This document shows, one piece after another, positions 33,430 through 36,861 of a DNA stretch of 36,861 bases. Position 1 is the stretch's first letter, and the number at the start of each line of letters is the position of its first letter. Under the pieces are notes generated by a model, which saw nothing but the letters and a program-made list of their open reading frames with translations, was not told where the DNA came from and made no database searches. The stretch comes from Gammaproteobacteria bacterium. Lineage in GTDB: Bacteria; Pseudomonadota; Gammaproteobacteria; Steroidobacterales; Rariloculaceae. The stretch covers positions 1 to 36,861 of the forward strand of contig JAZFPW010000150.1 in the NCBI GenBank assembly GCA_036444815.1, given 5' to 3'. The position numbers and the translations under genes are program-made.

Positions 33430-33702
33430 CTAGCTGGCCTTGCGATTTCCGGCATGGCCTCTGAACGTACGCGTAGGCGCAAACTCACCGAGCTTGTGAC
33501 CCACCATATTTTCGGAGACCAGTATCGGCACGTGCTGTCGACCGTTATGGACGGCGATAGTCAACCCAACCATCTCCGGGATCACCATCGACCGGCGCGA
33601 CCAGGTCTTAATCGGCCGACGATCATTCCTCTTGGCGGCTACCTCCACCTTCTTCAGCAGATGGGTATCGACGAACGGACCTTTTTTAATAGAACGGGGC
33701 AT
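33430..33702 (-). CDS. rpsS: 30S ribosomal protein S19
   Basis: [20 protein letters not shown]; 90 aa. Confidence 0.97.
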   Translation of the reverse strand: MPRSIKKGPFVDTHLLKKVEVAAKRNDRRPIKTWSRRSMVIPEMVGLTIAVHNGRQHVPILVSENMVGHKLGEFAPTRTFRGHAGNRKAS

Positions 33703-33742
33703 ACTCTGATCCTTCGCGTCTACACGGCCCGCGCCGTCTCGC

Positions 33743-34570
33743 CTACTTCTGTTTCCTGCTGCGAACGATCATGGCGCCCGTACGCTTGTTGCGACGTGTC
33801 TTGTAGCCTTTCGTCGGCACGCCCCACGGTGTCACCGGGTGGCGGCCACCTGAACTCCGGCCTTCGCCGCCACCGTGGGGATGATCCACAGGATTCATCG
33901 CGACCCCCCTGACGGTGGGCCGAACTCCGCGCCAACGCTTAGCGCCTGCCTTACCTAGTTTGCTCAGATTGTGTTCGTAGTTGCCGACTTCGCCAACGGT
34001 AGCTCGACAATCGACGTGTATCCGCCGCATCTCTCCGGAGCGCAAACGCAGCGTCGTATACCGGCCTTCACGCGCGACGAGTTGAACCGAGCTACCCGCG
34101 CTTCGTGCGATCTGACCGCCCTTTCCGGGCTTCATTTCCACACAGTGAACGAGGGTGCCGACTGGAATGTTCTTCAACCGAAGCGCATTACCGGGCTTAA
34201 TCGGGGCGTCGGAACCCGATTGAATCGGATCACCGATCTTGCATCGTCTGGGCGCCAGAATGTAGCGCCGCTCTCCGTCGGTATACAGCACAAGAGCGAG
34301 ATGAGCACTCCGATTCGGGTCATACTCGATACGCTCTATGCGACCGGCGACACCGTCTTTGTCTCTCTTGAAATCGACGATGCGATAGTGGCGTTTGTGT
34401 CCGCCTCCCTTGTGTCGCGTCGTGATGCGACCGAGGTTATTGCGACCACCCGTCCTGGACTTCGGGGACAGCAACGGGGCGTGGGGCTTGCCTTTGTGCA
34501 AGTCGTCCCGAACGGCACGGACAACGAATCTTCTGCCGGGCGAGGTCGGTTTGGATTTTCGTAAGGCCAC
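33743..34570 (-). CDS. rplB: 50S ribosomal protein L2
   Basis: 275 aa. [23 protein letters not shown]. Confidence 0.97.
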   Translation of the reverse strand: MALRKSKPTSPGRRFVVRAVRDDLHKGKPHAPLLSPKSRTGGRNNLGRITTRHKGGGHKRHYRIVDFKRDKDGVAGRIERIEYDPNRSAHLALVLYTDGERRYILAPRRCKIGDPIQSGSDAPIKPGNALRLKNIPVGTLVHCVEMKPGKGGQIARSAGSSVQLVAREGRYTTLRLRSGEMRRIHVDCRATVGEVGNYEHNLSKLGKAGAKRWRGVRPTVRGVAMNPVDHPHGGGEGRSSGGRHPVTPWGVPTKGYKTRRNKRTGAMIVRSRKQK

Positions 34571-34591
34571 TACGCTTCCCCGTCGGTCTCT

Positions 34592-34900
34592 TTACTCAAC
34601 GCCCATGAAGTCGATATTGCTGTCCGGCGCCAACCGCACATAGGCCTTCTTCCAGGCCGCCTGCCGGCCTCTACTCTGGCCGTGACGCTTGATCTTGCCC
34701 GGCACATTCGTCACGGTGACGTTCCCGACCTTGACCTCGAATAGCATCTCGACCGCGTCCTTGATCTCTTTCTTCGTCGCGTCGGGTCGGACTTTGAACA
34801 CGACCTGATTGCTGGCGTCCGCAAGGGCGGTGGATTTCTCGGATACATGCGGCCCGACGATCACCGACATCAACCTCTCCTGATGCGCGACCCAACTCAT
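34592..34900 (-). CDS. rplW: 50S ribosomal protein L23
   Basis: PHVSEKST...[18 protein letters not shown]; 102 aa. ATGA overlap with the rplD stop. Confidence 0.94.
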   Translation of the reverse strand: MSWVAHQERLMSVIVGPHVSEKSTALADASNQVVFKVRPDATKKEIKDAVEMLFEVKVGNVTVTNVPGKIKRHGQSRGRQAAWKKAYVRLAPDSNIDFMGVE

Positions 34901-35502
34901 CCGAGGCGCTCCTCCAGGAGTTTCGCGGCCGCAACCGTCATCACGATCTTCTCATGACCGACGAGGCTAACCGGATCAACGGTATCGGCTTCGCGCACGT
35001 CGACGTCAACGAGGTTTCGTGCCGCCAGACAGAGGTTCTCATCGAAGCCTTCCACAACGATCAGGACGTTCTCGACGTCCAACTTCTTGAGCTTGAGCTT
35101 GAGCTCTTTTGTCTTAGGCGCACTGACACCGAATTCCTCGGTGACCAGTAGGCGATCCTGGCGAATCAGCTCGGATAACATGGAGCGCATCGCGCCACGA
35201 TACATTTTGCGGTTCACCTTCTGCTCGAAATTCCTCGGCCGCGCAGCGAACGTTCGCCCACCACCCGTCCATATCGGGCTGCGTGTCGTTCCGGCCCGGG
35301 CACGCCCCGTGCCCTTCTGGCGCCAGGGCTTCGCGCCTCCACCGCGGACCTGCGAGCGGTTCTTCTGCGCTTTCGTGCCCGCGCGACCGCCGGCGAGATA
35401 AGCGGTAACGACCTGATGGACGAGCGGCTCATTGAATGCAACCGCGAACGACGAATCCGCTAGATCGACGCTGCTGTTCGTACCCTGTAGCTTCAACTTC
35501 AT
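34897..35502 (-). CDS. rplD: 50S ribosomal protein L4
   Basis: 201 aa from ATG 35502 (MKLKLQG...). [25 protein letters not shown]. The track ORF from 35562 overlaps rplC and is rejected. Confidence 0.95.
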   Translation of the reverse strand: MKLKLQGTNSSVDLADSSFAVAFNEPLVHQVVTAYLAGGRAGTKAQKNRSQVRGGGAKPWRQKGTGRARAGTTRSPIWTGGGRTFAARPRNFEQKVNRKMYRGAMRSMLSELIRQDRLLVTEEFGVSAPKTKELKLKLKKLDVENVLIVVEGFDENLCLAARNLVDVDVREADTVDPVSLVGHEKIVMTVAAAKLLEERLG

Positions 35503-35506
35503 CACG

Positions 35507-36145
35507 TTACGCCTTAACGGCGGGACGAACGAAGACGTGACCGCCGGGCGCGCCGGGCACACCGCCTTTCACTAACAGCAGGTTCCTGTCGGTATCGACG
35601 CGAACGATTTCGAGATTGGGTATGGTTCGACGGACGTTGCCCATCTGTCCAGCCATCTTCTTCCCTTTGAATACACGCCCGGGTGTCTGATTCTGCCCGA
35701 TAGACCCGGGTGCTCTATGCGCCAGCGAATTACCGTGAGTCGCGTCCTGCATGGCGAAGTTATGCCGTTTCACAACGCCTGCGAAACCCTTGCCCTTGGA
35801 AGTACCGACCACGTCGACACGCTGGCCACTCTCGAAGACATCGACTTTGAGAGCGGCGCCCGTCGTGAGCTCTTCGCCCTCGTTATCTCCCAGGCGGAAT
35901 TCCCAGACGCTGTCGCCGGGCTCCACATTAGCTTTCGCGAAGTGACCCATCTGTGGTTTCGCCACTCGATCGGGCGCTCGCGACCCCACGGTGACTTGCA
36001 CAGCGCGATAACCGTCGCGGTCCACGGTCTTCAGCTGTGAGATGCGATTGGGCAGGGCCTCTATGACGGTCACCGGGATAGATTCACCGGCCTCCGTGAA
36101 TATGCGGGTCATACCGCATTTACGGCCCACCAGACCGATTGGCAT
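35507..36145 (-). CDS. rplC: 50S ribosomal protein L3
   Basis: [30 protein letters not shown]; 212 aa. SD AAGAGGA lies upstream. Confidence 0.97.
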   Translation of the reverse strand: MPIGLVGRKCGMTRIFTEAGESIPVTVIEALPNRISQLKTVDRDGYRAVQVTVGSRAPDRVAKPQMGHFAKANVEPGDSVWEFRLGDNEGEELTTGAALKVDVFESGQRVDVVGTSKGKGFAGVVKRHNFAMQDATHGNSLAHRAPGSIGQNQTPGRVFKGKKMAGQMGNVRRTIPNLEIVRVDTDRNLLLVKGGVPGAPGGHVFVRPAVKA

Positions 36146-36365
36146 TGATCACGTCCTCTTTATCCGCGCCGACTACGTCCGGCCGGCACTTCAGCCAGCG
36201 CGCGTATTTCAGCGCTGGCACCCATTGGCTCCCAGCGGACTAATGCCGCCGTAACCCCGAATTCTGTTGATGGTCAACCGCTGCCGGCTCAGACGTCCGG
36301 CAGCTCCCAATCTCTAAAGCGGCCCGACGGGATCGATATCTCGCCGGGCCCAGGCATAGCCGTTT
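36146..36365 (-). promoter_or_regulatory. Structured non-coding spacer (candidate 5' leader) upstream of rplC
   Basis: Three stem-loops read directly from the sequence: GCCAGCGC-n10-GCGCTGGC (36194-36219), GCTGCCGG-n9-CCGGCAGC (36280-36304), and GGCCCGaCG-n12-CGcCGGGCC (36321-36350). None is followed by a U-tract. There is no ORF of 60 aa or more on the minus strand. Confidence 0.4.
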
Positions 36366-36393
36366 ATTATAGCATCGAGCCCACTGGGTTCAA
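36366..36393 (-). promoter_or_regulatory. Near-consensus sigma70-type promoter TTGAAC-N16-TATAAT directed toward rplC
   Basis: On the minus strand, TTGAAC is the complement of 36388-36393 and TATAAT is the complement of 36366-36371, with a 16-nt spacer. The promoter starts 5 bp after the rpsJ stop codon. Confidence 0.4.
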
Positions 36394-36398
36394 CGCCC

Positions 36399-36713
36399 CT
36401 AGTTGAGCCGGATCTGAACATCCACGCCAGCCGGGAGTTCCAACCGCATCAGCGCATCCACGGTCTTATCGGTCGGATCGACGATATCCATCAGACGCTT
36501 GTGCGTCAGCAACTCATACTGATCACGAGCGTCTTTGTTGACATGCGGGGATATCAGTACCGTGTACCTCTCAATCTTGGTTGGCAGCGGCACAGGGCCC
36601 TTCACGGTCGCTCCGGTCCGCTTCGCCGTTTCCACGATCTCCCGAGCTGACCGGTCGATCAGCCGGTGATCGAACGCCTTCAATCGGATTCTAATAGTCT
36701 GATTCGTTGCCAT
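36399..36713 (-). CDS. rpsJ: 30S ribosomal protein S10
   Basis: [29 protein letters not shown]...GPVPLPT; 104 aa. SD AGGTG lies upstream. Confidence 0.97.
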   Translation of the reverse strand: MATNQTIRIRLKAFDHRLIDRSAREIVETAKRTGATVKGPVPLPTKIERYTVLISPHVNKDARDQYELLTHKRLMDIVDPTDKTVDALMRLELPAGVDVQIRLN

Positions 36714-36747
36714 TTACTACACCTGTCAACCGCGACGCGGCCGTGAT

Positions 36748-36861
36748 CTACTCAATAATCTTTGCAACCACGCCCGCACCCACCGTACGGCCACCTTCCC
36801 GGATCGCAAATCTCAACCCATCCTCCATCGCTATCGGCGCGATTAAATCAACCTTCATCTG
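36748..36861 (-). CDS. tuf: Elongation factor Tu, C-terminal 37 codons only (N-terminus beyond window)
   Basis: My translation of the minus strand from the window edge gives [37 protein letters not shown], the conserved EF-Tu C-terminus. Confidence 0.93.
   Translation of the reverse strand, partial: QMKVDLIAPIAMEDGLRFAIREGGRTVGAGVVAKIIE

Noticed and set aside
32538-33464. 308-aa plus-strand ORF across rpsC/rplV/rpsS.
   Set aside because: It is antisense to three highly conserved ribosomal protein genes, shows no motifs, and is the same high-GC artefact.
36042-36254. 70-aa plus-strand ORF bridging the rplC start and the rpsJ-rplC spacer.
   Set aside because: It is antisense to rplC for half its length, with no SD or motifs. 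The spacer is better explained as non-coding structured RNA.

Overview
This window is almost entirely core housekeeping DNA from a high-GC proteobacterium, with gene order closest to Gamma/Betaproteobacteria. I found no tRNA or rRNA genes, CRISPR arrays, transposases, integrases or recognisable defence genes. Left to right there are three blocks. (1) A tightly packed minus-strand string, cysS-yidD-trm112-like-holA-nadD-rsfS-rlmH. It is preceded by lptE, a standalone hisI and an inverted leuS, then by the conserved miaB-phoH-ybeY-corC-lnt cluster. (2) Divergent ssb/uvrA, then trpS, a signal-peptide-less gamma-glutamyltransferase, pepQ, and a small overlapping gene pair: an ICMT/PEMT-like membrane methyltransferase plus a minimal RIO/Bud32-like kinase. 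(3) A complete tuf(partial)-rpsJ / rplC...rpsQ / rplN...secY-rpmJ / rpsM-rpsK-rpsD-rpoA-rplQ ribosomal super-cluster on the minus strand. I do not see a convincing large novel system. The most unusual items are three. First, the translationally coupled methyltransferase-kinase pair of unknown function. Second, a 253-bp structured spacer with a near-consensus promoter between rpsJ and rplC, while rpsJ sits only 34 bp after tuf. Third, a 136-bp element bounded by a 17-bp inverted repeat between convergent uvrA and trpS. All functional calls come from reading the translated ORFs against remembered family motifs, and no database search was run.
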